Program-made: the position numbers and the translations under genes | Assembly: GCA_950097015.1 (NCBI GenBank) | Contig: CATNEN010000039.1 | Span: 11,408,001-11,472,000 of the forward strand | Direction of reading: 5' to 3' | DNA from: Macrostomum hystrix | Taxonomy: Eukaryota; Animalia; Platyhelminthes | Length of the DNA: 64,000 nt | In this document: positions 12,501 to 25,000 of the stretch, in pieces | Layout of the letters: the number at the start of each line of letters is the position of its first letter | Numbering within the stretch: position 1 is the first letter of the stretch | The notes under the pieces: model-generated | The model's database searches: none | What the model was told of the DNA's origin: nothing | What the model saw: the letters and a program-made list of their open reading frames with translations, nothing else

Positions 12501-14990
12501 TGAAGAAATGAATTGGATCACTGAGTAATCATTGAAGAAATGAATTGGATCACTGAGTAATCATTGAAGAAATGAATTGGATCACTGAGTAATCATTGAA
12601 GAAATGAATTGGATCACTGAGTAATCATTGAAGAAATGAATTGGATCACTGAGTAATCATTGAAGAAATGAATTGGATCACTGAGTAATCATTGAAGAAA
12701 TGAATTGGATCACTGAGTAATCATTGAAGAAATGAATTGGATCACTGAGTAATCATTGAAGAAATGAATTGGATCACTGAGTAATCATTGAAGAAATGAA
12801 TTGGATCACTGAGTAATCATTGAAGAAATGAATTGGATCACTGAGTAATCATTGAAGAAATGAATTGGATCACTGAGTAATCATTGAAGAAATGAATTGG
12901 ATCACTGAGTAATCATTGAAGAAATGAATTGGATCACTGAGTAATCATTGAAGAAAAGAGTTGGATCACTGAGTAATCATTGAAGAAAAGAATTGGATCA
13001 CTGAGTAATCATTGAAGAAATGAATTGGATCACTGAGTAATCATTGAAGAAAAGAGTTGGATCACTGAGTAATCATTGAAAAAATGAATTGGATCACTGA
13101 GTAATCATTGAAGAAAAGAGTTGGATCACTGAGTAATCATTGAAGAAATGAATTGGATCACTGAGTAATCATTGAAGAAAAGAGTTGGATCACTGAGTAA
13201 TCATTGAAGAAATGAATTGGATCACTGAGTAATCATTGAAGAAATGAATTGGATCACTGAGTAATCATTGAAGAAATGAATTGGATCACTGAGTAATCAT
13301 TGAAGAAATGAATTGGATCACTGAGTAATCATTGAAGAAATGAATTGGATCACTGAGTAATCATTGAAGAAATGAATTGGATCACTGAGTAATCATTGAA
13401 GAAATGAATTGGATCACTGAGTAATCATTGAAGAAATGAATTGGATCACTGAGTAATCATTGAAGAAATGAATTGGATCACTGAGTAATCATTGAAGAAA
13501 TGAATTGGATCACTGAGTAATCATTGAAGAAATGAATTGGATCACTGAGTAATCATTGAAGAAATGAATTGGATCACTGAGTAATCATTGAAGAAATGAA
13601 TTGGATCACTGAGTAATCATTGAAGAAATGAATTGGATCACTGAGTAATCATTGAAGAAATGAATTGGATCACTGAGTAATCATTGAAGAAATGAATTGG
13701 ATCACTGAGTAATCATTGAAGAAAAGAGTTGGATCACTGAGTAATCATTGAAGAAATGAATTGGATCACTGAGTAATCATTGAAGAAAAGAGTTGGATCA
13801 CTGAGGTACCGTAGGTACACAAGAGTCGGCCCACTCACATCCGATAGCGGGCAACCGGCTTGGCGAAACCAGGACACCTGGGTGGCCACACTGCAGGCGT
13901 GCTGAGGTATCAGCGACTTCAGCAGGTTGCGCATCACGCTAGATGGCAGCACGTCGGACTCCTGGCTGATGATTAAAGACGCAATAGTAGGCATTAGAAT
14001 ATTGAAAACTCAAGATTACTGTACAGCTCGTCTCTATTAAGCCAATACTCACACAGCGGGCAGGATGATTCTGAGCACAGCGATGTTGCTGATTTGGGCC
14101 AGCAGGCTGAAGGCTGAAGTGCTTTCTGGCTGGTCGCAGATTTCACTCAATGCCAGACAGCGCCAGTGGGGCAGCAGAACTTGCGCTACGCAGGTGGCGA
14201 GGTCAATGTGAGCATGAGCACGATTTGAATTGCGCAATGAGGATAAAAAAGAAAATAGACAAAGCATAGTAGAGGGATGTGAAAGATGAAAAGATGCAAA
14301 GAGTAGAAATGAGAAGATAGGAAAACGTGAAACGGATGTGGGTGAAGACAGGAAGACAAGAAGAGGGGAAAGACAGGAAGGGGGAGAAGAAAAAAAGGAA
14401 ACGGAAGACGGAAGAGGAAGAGGGAAAGACGGAAAAAATGAAAATTTTGAAGATTAAAAGACGGGAAAAGGGGAAGGGGGAGGACGGGAAGAGGGGAGAA
14501 AGAGGGGAAGATTAGAAGATGGGAAGAGGGAGTTGGGAAGAGTAAAATGGGAAGATGGGAACACGGGAAAGGGGGAAAGAACGGAAGAGGAAAAGGAGAA
14601 GACTTAAAGAGGAGAATATTATAAGACGGGAAAAGTAAAGAGGGCCGGAAGACGGGAATATGGATAGAGGGGAAAGACGGGAAGAGGGGAAAATTTAAGT
14701 AGGGGTAGTTGGGTAGGGACCTTAATCAGAGAAGACATGATGCTGTACTGCTGGTGCTCATGGCCTCAGTAATATTTCCAGTCCCCTGGCTCACCACAGC
14801 AATCGGCTGGGTTAGCCTTTAGGTCCAGGTGTTGGAGCACAAATCTGAGCAGATCGGCAGCTGTCACATTGCCTGGCACAATGGCGAATCGGAATGTGCT
14901 GTCCTTCCCATCGCAGGCGGCGCCGCCAGCAGCTTCGTCGGCATCGTTGGAATCCGATGGCCGGTGCTCAATGAGACAGCGCAGAGCCAT
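6584..14990 (-). CDS. SATB/dve (Compass-class) homeobox protein: ULD + CUTL + one homeodomain, about 524 aa
   Basis: Phase-compatible exons 14990-14795, 14185-14053, 13965-13839, 8042-7415 and 7074-6584. ULD-like segments LRCLIEH...FAIVPG and W..LALSEICDQPEST..SLL...VLRIIL; CUTL-like GCPLS...FSDW; dve-type homeodomain RRTRIFIDPATEIPQLEVWF...HPT...NVQLWFKNHRAKVKR. Confidence 0.82.
7128..7256 (+). mobile_element. SINE copy (3' part) in SATB-like intron
   Basis: Matches the dispersed family core CTCAGGAGTCAGCGGAATGGGCAGAATTGCC...GCTGGCTGCGGGTCTA. Confidence 0.8.
8080..13804. repeat. 32-bp minisatellite, about 179 copies (5.7 kb), filling the intron that splits the CUTL domain
   Basis: Unit GGATCACTGAGTAATCATTGAAGAAA(A/T)GA(G/A/C)TT. 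The intron spans 8043-13838. Confidence 0.97.
14270..14700. repeat. Purine-rich (GA) low-complexity intronic tract
   Basis: Degenerate AAGACGGGAAG-type repeats. Confidence 0.8.
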
Positions 14991-15432
14991 GCTCACAGAC
15001 TCTGCGGATTTACGAGTATAAATAGATTTTAAACAGGAAATGAGTGATAAACGCAGGCGTGCATATTTAATCAACGATACTACTACTGGTAAGTAAAGTT
15101 ATTGGGCTTTTTGTATTATGTTATAATTACTATGCGATTCTATTCTAATTCTATTCGATTCTAATGTCGTGGGGCTTCGTGTAAAAGAGATGCAACTATC
15201 CGGATAATCAGAAGATTCTGAAATTCTTACCTGGCAAGACTTCCATCGCTTTTCTTCAGTGTTGGGATTTAAAGCGCGTTGTTGTTTAAACTTTGATAAG
15301 AACACAGATCAATAGAACTCAAATAGGCTTAAGTTATAACAAGCTTTTTGATAGGGTAAGGATGCAACTATTAGTATTGGGTCTTCGCGGAGCGATAATC
15401 GAAAATGATTTTAAAGTGCTGGAGGAGAGCTC

Positions 15433-15450
15433 GCTACGCATGCGCAGATG
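15433..15450. promoter_or_regulatory. NRF1-like GCATGCGCA motif in the probable promoter of the SATB-like gene
   Basis: TACGCATGCGCA lies just upstream of a candidate non-coding first exon (donor CAG|GTAAG near 15230, - strand). Confidence 0.35.
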
Positions 15451-17164
15451 CGGACTTTAACTTCGGCGCGCAATAGGATAGCAATTAGCCGGCTTATTAT
15501 AATTCGCAATCGAAATTCAACAAAAACAAGCCTTTTCTATTTACCTATTTACTGTTTGTATCTTATCTGGCGCTGGTTGTAGTTAATATATAATGCACAG
15601 GCCGGACGGCATAATTGGGCACGAGTCGCTTAAGGTAAGTCCCTTCCTTGGGCTGCGTGTTAAGCAAGTTTTAGCGCGCCAGATTAGGTGAGTCTTCTTA
15701 ACTCTTTTGGGGAGGGGCGGTGAGAGAGCTGGCGTTCGCAGAGAAAGCCTTCTCCATGAGGAGGTGGGGGTATAGAAAAAAACGAAAAGCCGCAGCAGTG
15801 AGGGCTTAGCGCAAGGCTAGTCTTAATTTCAGACGGGCCGGGTATGAGTTGGGGTGGCCGGCCTCGCGCGCGAACGAAAGCCAAGCGATTATTGTAATAT
15901 TGATTAAGCGAGTCCGCCAGCACCCCACTCACGCGGGGACGCGCGTGGGAGACTGGGGTGGCGGGTTTATAAGCGGTGGCTGGCTGGCTAAACTGGGGAG
16001 GGCCCAAACAAGCCTAACCCACCCACCCCTCGGCTTTGTACACTGCAGACAAAAATGTGTTTTCTCTGGACAGCGGGGTTTGAGGGAGAGGGGTTTGGGG
16101 TGGCTGGCCGGTTAAGCTTAACCGAAGCGCGATGATTCCACTGGGGCGTGGCGCAGGGTCTTGGCCGCGCGCCGAGAACAATTTAGGCCAGGCCAGGCCA
16201 AGAATTTTTCTTACTCATTTAATCACACTGTTCTAGCTGAGTCGCAGAGATTTCAGACGCGCCATTGCCCGCCTCCTAAGCGGGCGAAAAGAAAAGCCGT
16301 GGGCAACATGAGCAAGGGCAGTACAGGAAGACTTATTAAAGCATTGCTGTTTGGATATCAGGCTTGTGGCCCTGTGCGCTGCTTATTGCTTGGTGCGGCT
16401 AGGGCCTGGTATGTGCGAAGTCTATTAAACAAAAATAGAACGGATTTGCAATTGCAAGCAATACTCACCTGAAACCTGCTCAATCACCAACGCCAGCTTG
16501 GCTATTTAAACTGTGATTTTGGACTCTGGTGTCACTGTCGCAGCAACTGCCACCCGCACAGCTAGGCTGAGCCGCAGATTATTAGATATTTCAGTTTGAA
16601 AAATTATTGATCCTAGCATGAAATCTCCAACCAATGCCTAGCCCAACAAATGTCTTCCCAAATCCCCATCTGTGCATTCGTTCTCTTTCTTCCTTGGTTC
16701 GAGATCGCGAAGCACTCAACGGCTCGTTTTATCCGCGCGTGAAGGCTTGCAGTCCCACGCCCGCAGCTGGGGATAATCCAATCCAGCCAAAATGCGCTCC
16801 CAGTCTGAGCAGTCTCCCGTTCCGCAGTCCTTGTCTGTATTTCAAAAATCCTATTGATTGTCTGAGTCAACTGCTCAGGGACGCCATTTGAATTTCGTAC
16901 CTGACTACCTGGCAGGCCTGTAGGAGAGTGTATGCCGCACAGTGCTTGTGTTGCCAACAGAACTGTTAAAGATGCATAATTCCTTCCTTCCCACTTCACA
17001 CAGAGAGCAAACGCTTTTTTAATCCTAGAGCGGGATTAATAGCTAACAACAATGGGAGCTAAAATTCAGACAGCAACGGATATTTGAAAGCGTTTTTTAT
17101 AACAAAGAGCAAAGCAGTGACTGCATCTTTGCCATTTACTGCTTTTATCTGGTACGGACTAACA

Positions 17165-18022
17165 GCTGTCAGCTGGGGTGCAAGATGGACTGTCAGCTGG
17201 GGTGCAAGATGGGCTGTCAGCTGGGCTGCAAGATGGACTGTCAGCTGGGGTGCAAGATGGACTGTCAGCTGGGGAGCAAGATGGGCTGTCAGCTGGGCTG
17301 CAAGATGGACTGTCAGCTGGGGTGCAAGATGGGCTGTCAGCTGGGGTGCAAGATGGACTGTCAGCTGGGGTGCAAGATGGACTGTCAGCTGTGCTGCAAG
17401 ATGGACTGTCAGCTGGGGTGCAAGATGGGCTGTCAGCTGGGGTGCAAGATGGACTGTCAGCTGGGCTGCAAGATGGACTGTCAGCTGGGGTGCAAGATGG
17501 ACTGTCAGCTGGGGAGCAAGATGGGCTGTCAGCTGGGCTGCAAGATGGACTGTCAGCTGGGGTGCAAGATGGACTGTCAGCTGGGGAGCAAGATGGGCTG
17601 TCAGCTGGGCTGCAAGATGGGCTGTCAGCTGGGCTGCAAGATGGACTGTCAGCTGGGGTGCAAGATGGACTGTCAGCTGGGGAGCAAGATGGGCTGTCAG
17701 CTGGGCTGCAAGATGGACTGTCAGCTGGGGTGCAAGATGGGCTGTCAGCTGGGGTGCAAGATGGACTGTCAGCTGGGGTGCAAGATGGGCTGTCAGCTGT
17801 GCTGCAAGATGGACTGTCAGCTGGGGTGCAAGATGGGCTGTCAGCGGGGTGCAAGATGGGCTGTCAGCTGGGGTGCAAGATGGACTGTCAGCTGGGGTGC
17901 AAGATGGGCTGTCAGCTGGGGTGCAAGATGGACTGTCAGCTGGGGTGCAAGATGGACTGTCAGCTGGGGAGCAAGATGGGCTGTCAGCTGGGGTGCAAGA
18001 TGGACTGTCAGCTGGGGTGCAA
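17165..18022. repeat. 24-bp minisatellite, about 36 copies
   Basis: Unit CTGTCAGCTGGGGTGCAAGATGG(A/G). Confidence 0.95.
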
Positions 18023-18577
18023 TGTAAGTTACAAAGAATCTAGAATGAAAAGTTATGAAGTCAGTAAAAATAATTTTCTATAAATTAGTACAATCGTAGT
18101 TACACAACCATTAGCCAAGGTAAAAACCATTTAAATTTCATTAGAAAGTAAATTGACATAAAAACAATCAGCATTTGAGCACATTTGCAGAATTGAGCAA
18201 CAAGATAGACAGCTGTCAGTTATAAATAAATGCACAAAATTAAACTGTTAAAAATAAAAAATCGACTTAAAAGGAAATAGTAGAATTACAAACAATAGTA
18301 ATACATGAAATAGGTTTTAAAAAATTATTAGAGACCAGAGGCCAGGTATTAGACACCGCTTTGGTTATTGTCCACCCCTGGGGAAAGGTGTTTAAAATAC
18401 CCACACTGCCTACTTCAGAGATTTTCGTGAAATTTCACAATCTGTATCAACATTTTCCGCCCCTTACGATTAGCAAACTTCCAAGTCAGTCGATGCGAGT
18501 CAGCATCGTCGTGATATTCAGCTATCCTTGTCGAAGGACAACTGGTGACAAGGACAACTAACATTGCTCTGTACCGA

Positions 18578-18757
18578 CGAGAATCGTTGAAAATCTCGAT
18601 GCCGATGTTTTGTGATTGCGCAAGTTTTTCAGTCGGATAGAGGCAGAAAATTTTACTCCACGTTCTGCATTTTCATGCCGCTTGGTTGAATATTTTGCGA
18701 GAAACAGGAAAAAATGTGGGTATTTGAAATACTCCCGTGATCTTTCTACTGTTAAAT
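18578..18757. repeat. Dispersed repeat (unclassified), second copy at 61258-61443
   Basis: Shared blocks AGAATCGTTGAA...TCGGATAGAG...TTCTGCATTTT.CATG...TTGGTTGAATATTTT...TATTTGAAAT...TCTACTGTT. Confidence 0.75.
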
Positions 18758-18793
18758 GGAAAGTAAAAAAGTTGAAAAATTTTACAGTACCAG

Positions 18794-21700
18794 TCAGCTG
18801 ACAGCAGCAGCAGCAGCAGCATCTGCCTTGGTCAGAGTCTCGAACTCCGCCCTGTCCAGGCGCACGAGGCACTCCGAGGGCAGCAGGTCTAACAGGGCGG
18901 CAACTGTTGGCAGGCAGGCCAATCCGGCTGCGTTGCCAATGACAACCAGTTTGCGCTTGGCGCGAGTCACGGCCACATTGAATCGGCGCGGATCGCTCAG
19001 GATGGAGCCGGAGGAGGCGGCGGCAGCAGACGATGCGTCTGTTTTGGCCATAGACAACAGGATGAGGCTCTTGTCGCGGCCCTGGAACTGGTCGATTGTG
19101 CTGGCTTCAACGCCGCTCAGGCTGCCGGCGTTATTGTCGACGGTTAGGTGACGCCGCAGGAGGGCGACCTGCTCGCGATAGGGTGACATCAAGCCGACGT
19201 CGGCAGGCGCTACGGCTGCCGGACAGAGCAGCCGAAGCAGAGCGACAGTCACAGCGGCCTCCAGTGGATTGGCCAGACTGGGCAACGAATGCGAGCTGCG
19301 ATGGTCGTGGCTTTCCGGCTTACCGATTGTGCCCTGCGAGTGGATGGTTTGACCATAGACAGTTATGTGGAGAATTTAAGAATTGGGTTCAGGGAGGAGT
19401 TTGGTCATAGACAGTTCTCGAGAAGAACTCTGGTTCTGAGTTTAGTTTAGGGGGAGAGAACTCAAGCTTAAGGGGAGTCAGGCCATAGACAGTCCTGAGG
19501 TGAGAACTCTAGCTATGAGTTCAATGGGGAGTTTAGTTAAAGACTATTCTGTGTTAAGAAATGTAGTGATAATTTTTTATTGGAGTTCCCGCTTAACTCT
19601 AGACGGTAAAAAAGACTAACAAGGCGCTCAGTGCTGACAAAGACTAGCGAGTGTTCGAGCAGGCCAGACCAGACCGGGGCGAGGCTGGCAAGCGAGTTGC
19701 GCAGCTGAGTATTCGCAGGCTCAACTGCAGGCAAAGTGGCGTCGGCCACAGATGCGTGGGCGGTAAGCTGGCCATCGTAGAGCAGCCTATTGGGCAGTTT
19801 GAGCAGGCAGGAGTTCATGCGGTACTGCTCGGTGAGGGCGAAGGTGACCCTGGCTGTGGCGGCCTCCCTGAGCAGAAGGCGGCTGAGCAGGCTGCGGCCG
19901 AGGCCCAGAGTGGCGGCACGGCGACTGAGCACCATGGGCGGCAGCTGGTGCGGATCGCCAACAAGCAGGAAGCGGCCTCCGCTGCCGGAGAGGCGCAGCA
20001 GGGGGCCGAGGCAGGCGGGCAGCGGCGCCTGGGATATTTTAGGCAATTTTATATAATTTATTTGCAGGAGGTCTGCTGCAACTGGCGCATCATCTGGTGA
20101 CACTAGACCCGCAGCCAGCGAGGAGGCAATTCTGCCCATTCAGGTGAATCCTGAGCACACACTCAGGATGTTCAACTGAGCACATTGCCTTGGAGGTTCA
20201 ATGCACAGCCTCCAATGTACATTGAGAGTGTACACTGACAAACGATGAGAAAGTCAGGGCAGATGTACACACCTGTGTGAGTGTGTGCATAAGAGTCAGC
20301 GAAATGGGTAGAATTGCCTCCTCGCTGGCTGCGGGTGTAGTGTCACCAAATGATGCGCCCGTTCCAGCAGACCTACTCCAATTACGAGTATTATTATTTT
20401 ATTACATCCCCCTCATATATTATCCCATTCTTCCTAATGCACTACCCTTCTTACATGACACAGATTAAGTGTTTGGCCTCACCACGGACTCGAGCTCAAG
20501 GACCTTCATCCTTTGGCAAACGAATTTAGGGAAAAAAGGGATTAAATTCAGCGGTCATGACTAACCTGTCCAGCCTCGTCAATCAGTGCGAAATCGAATT
20601 CGCACCTGGCCAGGCAGGGGTCCAAAGCCCCCAGACAGGTGCAGCCAACAACGGGGCGAGAGGTCACGAGAGCTCGGACTGCAGCGCCAGTGGCTGCAGA
20701 TGAGCCGGCGCGCTGAAGGGACTGCAGCTCCGCCTGGAGACTGCGCGAGCGAATGCGCGGGTGGACGCGAGCTTCTTGACCGATGCGAAGCAGGCCAACC
20801 TGGAGTGAATGGGAGAGAAACTGGAAAATGAGAATGGGAAGAAGGTTCATGATAATGGGACGATGGGGAAGAAAAATGGGAAGAAGGGGCATGAGAATGG
20901 AAAGAAGGAGCATAAGAATGGGAAGAAGGAGCATGGGAATAGGGAGAAGGGGCATGAGAATGGGGAGAAGGGGCTTGAGAATGGGGAGAAGGGGAAGAAA
21001 AATGGGATATAGTGGTAGGGGAAGAACGGAAGTGGGAAGAAGGGGAGGGGATATGGGAGGAAAGAAGTGCAAAAAGATGAAGCAGAAGAAAAACTTGGGC
21101 AAATAGCTAAAAACTGTAGCGGTCAGAAAACTCGGTCAGAGCTTCAAGAAAGGCAGTCGTTTCCGACCTGGGGAAAAGTATCCGCAATCTTGACCAGTAT
21201 GTTATCAACAGCGCTGTGCGTGTAAGCCGACACGAGAACCCTGGCGCCTAGGTGAACCAGCGCAGCCACCAGGGCGGCTAGGAATGTAGTCTTGCCTGCA
21301 GTGAAAATCATATTCTACTTATAGTAGCACGATAGCATTTTTTAACGAATTAGACAACGCAGTGACAACTAACCAGTGCCGGGGTAGCCTTTCAGCAGTA
21401 CAAAATCTTTGGCAGCCAGAGTGGCTAGCAAGCATTTGCGCTGCTCTTTATTTAGTGGACTCGCAAAGTGGCGCACTGAAATGTAATCGATTTGATGCGC
21501 AATTATGACTACTGATACGGCTAGCTGCGTCAGTAGTGTAATGCGAACCTTTCACAACTGTCGCGTGATCGAAGCTGGTCACTTCCGGAGGCCGCTTGTC
21601 GATAAGCAGTTCCCGAAGCTGGGTGCTGAAACCACATTGAAAAAATGCGCTAGAGAACATTAATCAAGACTAAATAAATTAAAGGAAAAGTCTGGCACTC

Positions 21701-21944
21701 ACCTGATAGGCGTGTCCTCCATTAGCATCACCAGGTAGGACAGGCAGATGCCGATCGATTTCTGCGAATTGCTTTTGCGCAGTCGGTACTGCAGGTCCGT
21801 CTTCTTCAGCGGCCTGAGGACGGCGTATTAGCAGAGTGATTGATTTAAATACTGAAACAAAGACAGACAGACAGACAGACAGCTAGACAGCTAGACAGAC
21901 AGATAGACAGACAGTCAGACAGACAGACAGACAGACAGACAGTC

Positions 21945-22007
<63 letters not shown>

Positions 22008-25000
22008 TAGACAGACATACAGATACACAGACAGACAAACAGACAGACAGGCAGACAGTCAGACAGGCAGACAGACAGCTAGACAGACAGGCAGACAGAG
22101 TGGAGCGAAGGGGCGGCAGCGAGGCAGACCTGTCGCACAGCAGGGTGACGCGGTCTTCGGCGATCTCCCTGACGAGGCCGGCGCAGAGTCCAACCAGAGA
22201 GGCGTCGGCCGAGTCCACCACGGCAAAGTCGCCCTCGGAGGCCAGGTCTGTGAGCTGGGAGGAGTCAGTCCTGGAGGCGGGTGGGAACACAAATTTAGTA
22301 TTTTTTATTTTACAGCGACAAATACGAGCGTAGGTTGGACATCAGCAAGACATAGTTAATATATATATACACGTATAACAAGTACTTTCCCTTACTGCCG
22401 CTATAAGTAGAGTAGGTAGGACATGTTAATATTCATTTGTGCGCACCCCTTCTAGCCACTAGTTCTAGCCACTAGGCTGCAAGCACTGTTAAAATGAGAT
22501 CCAATTTACATTAGCTATAAATTAGCAATCCATAAAATTTAAAACGCGGTGCCTCACCCGGCGAGGCGAAAGCAAACCAAGGTCTTCTGTTCGCAGCGTT
22601 TTCCAGCCGGCCGCTGCTCTGCAAATGTTAGAATGGCCGCAGGCGCAGCTTCAGCCGTCGTTTTCGAGGTACTGTCAGCCTCGCCAGCCTGTCGCTCCAT
22701 CAGCAGCAGGCGGCTCCAGTGGCCAAAGAAGGCCGCGTGTCGCTCGGTCAAATGGCGCATCGACTTCTCAGCCGAGGGCCGGCCGCTGAAGCTGCTGGCG
22801 GAACCAGTCTCGCCTAGTTCAAGGAAGCCAGTTTTAGACTTATGAAATCCTTATCATGTTCATTGTGGTAGGGTTCCTTATGATCCCAATTTTGTTAATC
22901 TTGAATCCAGCTTTAATAGAGAATAGTCCATGGACTGGGAAGGCAACCGCGCCAACTCAAGCCAAACTGATGGTGGCGTCTATTTTACATGCACCTCTTC
23001 GGGCTGAGAATCGAACTCCCGACCTCTTCGTCAGAAGTCCGAAGTTCCCGATCCAATTAATAGTAAAGGTGTTATTATACACATCAGAGTCCTGCTAATT
23101 GTGACCCACCCTTCGCCAGCCTGTGCAGCAGCGAGCAGCTCAACAGCTGCGGGCAGCCGGCGCACCATCGGTCCCGTCCAGTCAGCGGCTCCGGTAGAGG
23201 AGCCAGTCGCACTTCGCCGCCGTCGATTTCGTCGTCGGCGACAACGGATGGCCGAGCCAGCCAGCCGGCTAGTTCGTTGCGCAACTGCAGGAGGCCGCAG
23301 CGCCTCGACCGGTCGGGCCGAAACAGGCGCTGTTGCGGCCCTTCCCGCAGGTAGAGCAGGAGGGCGCCGCCAGCGATTGGGGAATTCTCTGCTTTGTCAG
23401 CAGCAGCTGGCTCGGCGCTGTCCAGCATCATAGAGTAGAGCAGAGCCTGCAGGGGTACGGATAGTAACAAAATTTGCTAAGGATCGGCCCTGACCTGTAT
23501 CTTTGACTTACTGGTATCTTTAGTCGATGGTACTGATAGGTTTCACCTGTCCTCACCTGTCCCACATGCTCGTGACTGAAGCTGGCCCTTCCAGTCTTGA
23601 GCTCTACAGGCAGCCGGATGTCTCCTCCGGCTTGGTCGGCGATCGTCAGGCTGACGTCGACTTTGCCTTTGAGGCCAAAGCGCCGGCTGCCGACGCTCTC
23701 CTCGATGTCGGCGACTCCGGTGACGCGCAACGGCGCGCCGTCAACTCTGTTGTCGGCATCGCGACCGTGATGCCGGCGCAGCCAGGTGACAATGTGCCCG
23801 GTGAACTGCTCAACTTCTGTCAGCAGATTCGACTCGGACATGTCCAGGGCTGCCAGTTGCTGGGCTAACTGACCGGAGTTAACCAGCTCGGCTGCAGCCG
23901 CCGAGGCTACCGACTCCGTCACGGTTTGAGTCTGATGACGGACCAGCAACTGCTCAAAGAAGTAAAAAAATGCAGATGAGGATCTCAAAAGAAGGGATCT
24001 TGTGCTCTTGTCTTCTCGAAAGCTGCCACTCTCTCCTTCCCAACAATGTCCCATTCTTCCTCTAAAAAATCATTTTCTTTACCCTCAAAAGTCTTAATTA
24101 TCCCATGAAGTCTTCCTTCAATCCCATAAAAATTGTCCGTGTTCCCGCATAGTCCGTGATTTCCAGTTTAATCATTATCGAGAGAGTGATTAAGCTCGAG
24201 AATATTCTTACATCCTGAAACAACTGGTGCACAACGCTACCCAGTAGCATAGCTTTGTTCTCGCCGTCCAATGAAGTGTACATGGAGTCCAAGACCGAGC
24301 TGCGGGCGGATGGCAGTGACAGATTCAACTCAAAAATACGCGAAGGGAAAAACAAAAATGAGTCTCAGAGGCAGACCGTCTTATGCAGCCGAGTGAGGCC
24401 ACAACAGCTGTGGCGCTCAGCAACATGTCTGGCAGCAGGACAAAGTAGTTCAGCTGATCGGTCACGGACAGCTCGGGATGATCCGGTTGCCAAGGTGCCT
24501 CTGGGCTGAGTACAATCTGCACGGCGTCGCCAGAGCAAACTCGACTCTCAGACCTTGGACAAAAAGACAGGGGTAGACAGCGGAAGTGAAGGGGCAGAAA
24601 TTTGGAAGAGAGAGCGGAAGTAATGTCAGCGAAATTAAGGGAGAGAGCGGAAGTGAAGGAGTGGAAATTTGGGTAGGGAGCGGACGAAAAAGGGCGGAAA
24701 TTTGGGAAGAGAGCGGAAGTGAAGGGGCGGAAATTTAGGGAGAGAGCGGAAGTAAGAGGGCGGAAAATGGGGTAGAGAGCGGAAGTGGAGTGGCGAAAAT
24801 TTAGAGAGAGAGTGGAAATGAAGGGGCAGTAATTAGTAGGGAAGCGAAAATGAAGGGGCGGAGATTTTGGAGAGAGTGGTTAGGGTAGCGAAGGATTGCA
24901 AATTCGGGAATAGAGCGGAAGTGAAGAAATGAAGATACTTAAACAGAACGGAAAAGCGAAACTACAGTTATGAACTGTACTCACCATGAGTCGCACAGAC

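Noticed and set aside
8080-13804. CRISPR array (32-bp repeats)
   Set aside because: Units are head-to-tail with no unique spacers, there are no cas genes, and the context is a eukaryotic intron. The same holds for the 31-, 34- and 35-bp arrays.
17084-18083. Repeat proteins (SWGARWTV / PADSPSC / CQLGCKMD) from the 24-bp array
   Set aside because: Open in four frames, variants are not confined to synonymous sites, and a 1-bp deletion near 17845 shifts the frames. A coding role is not excluded but is unsupported.
14327-21106. Lys/Glu/Arg/Met-rich ORFs at 14327-14515 and 20783-21106
   Set aside because: These are translations of purine-rich low-complexity intron tracts on the antisense strand.
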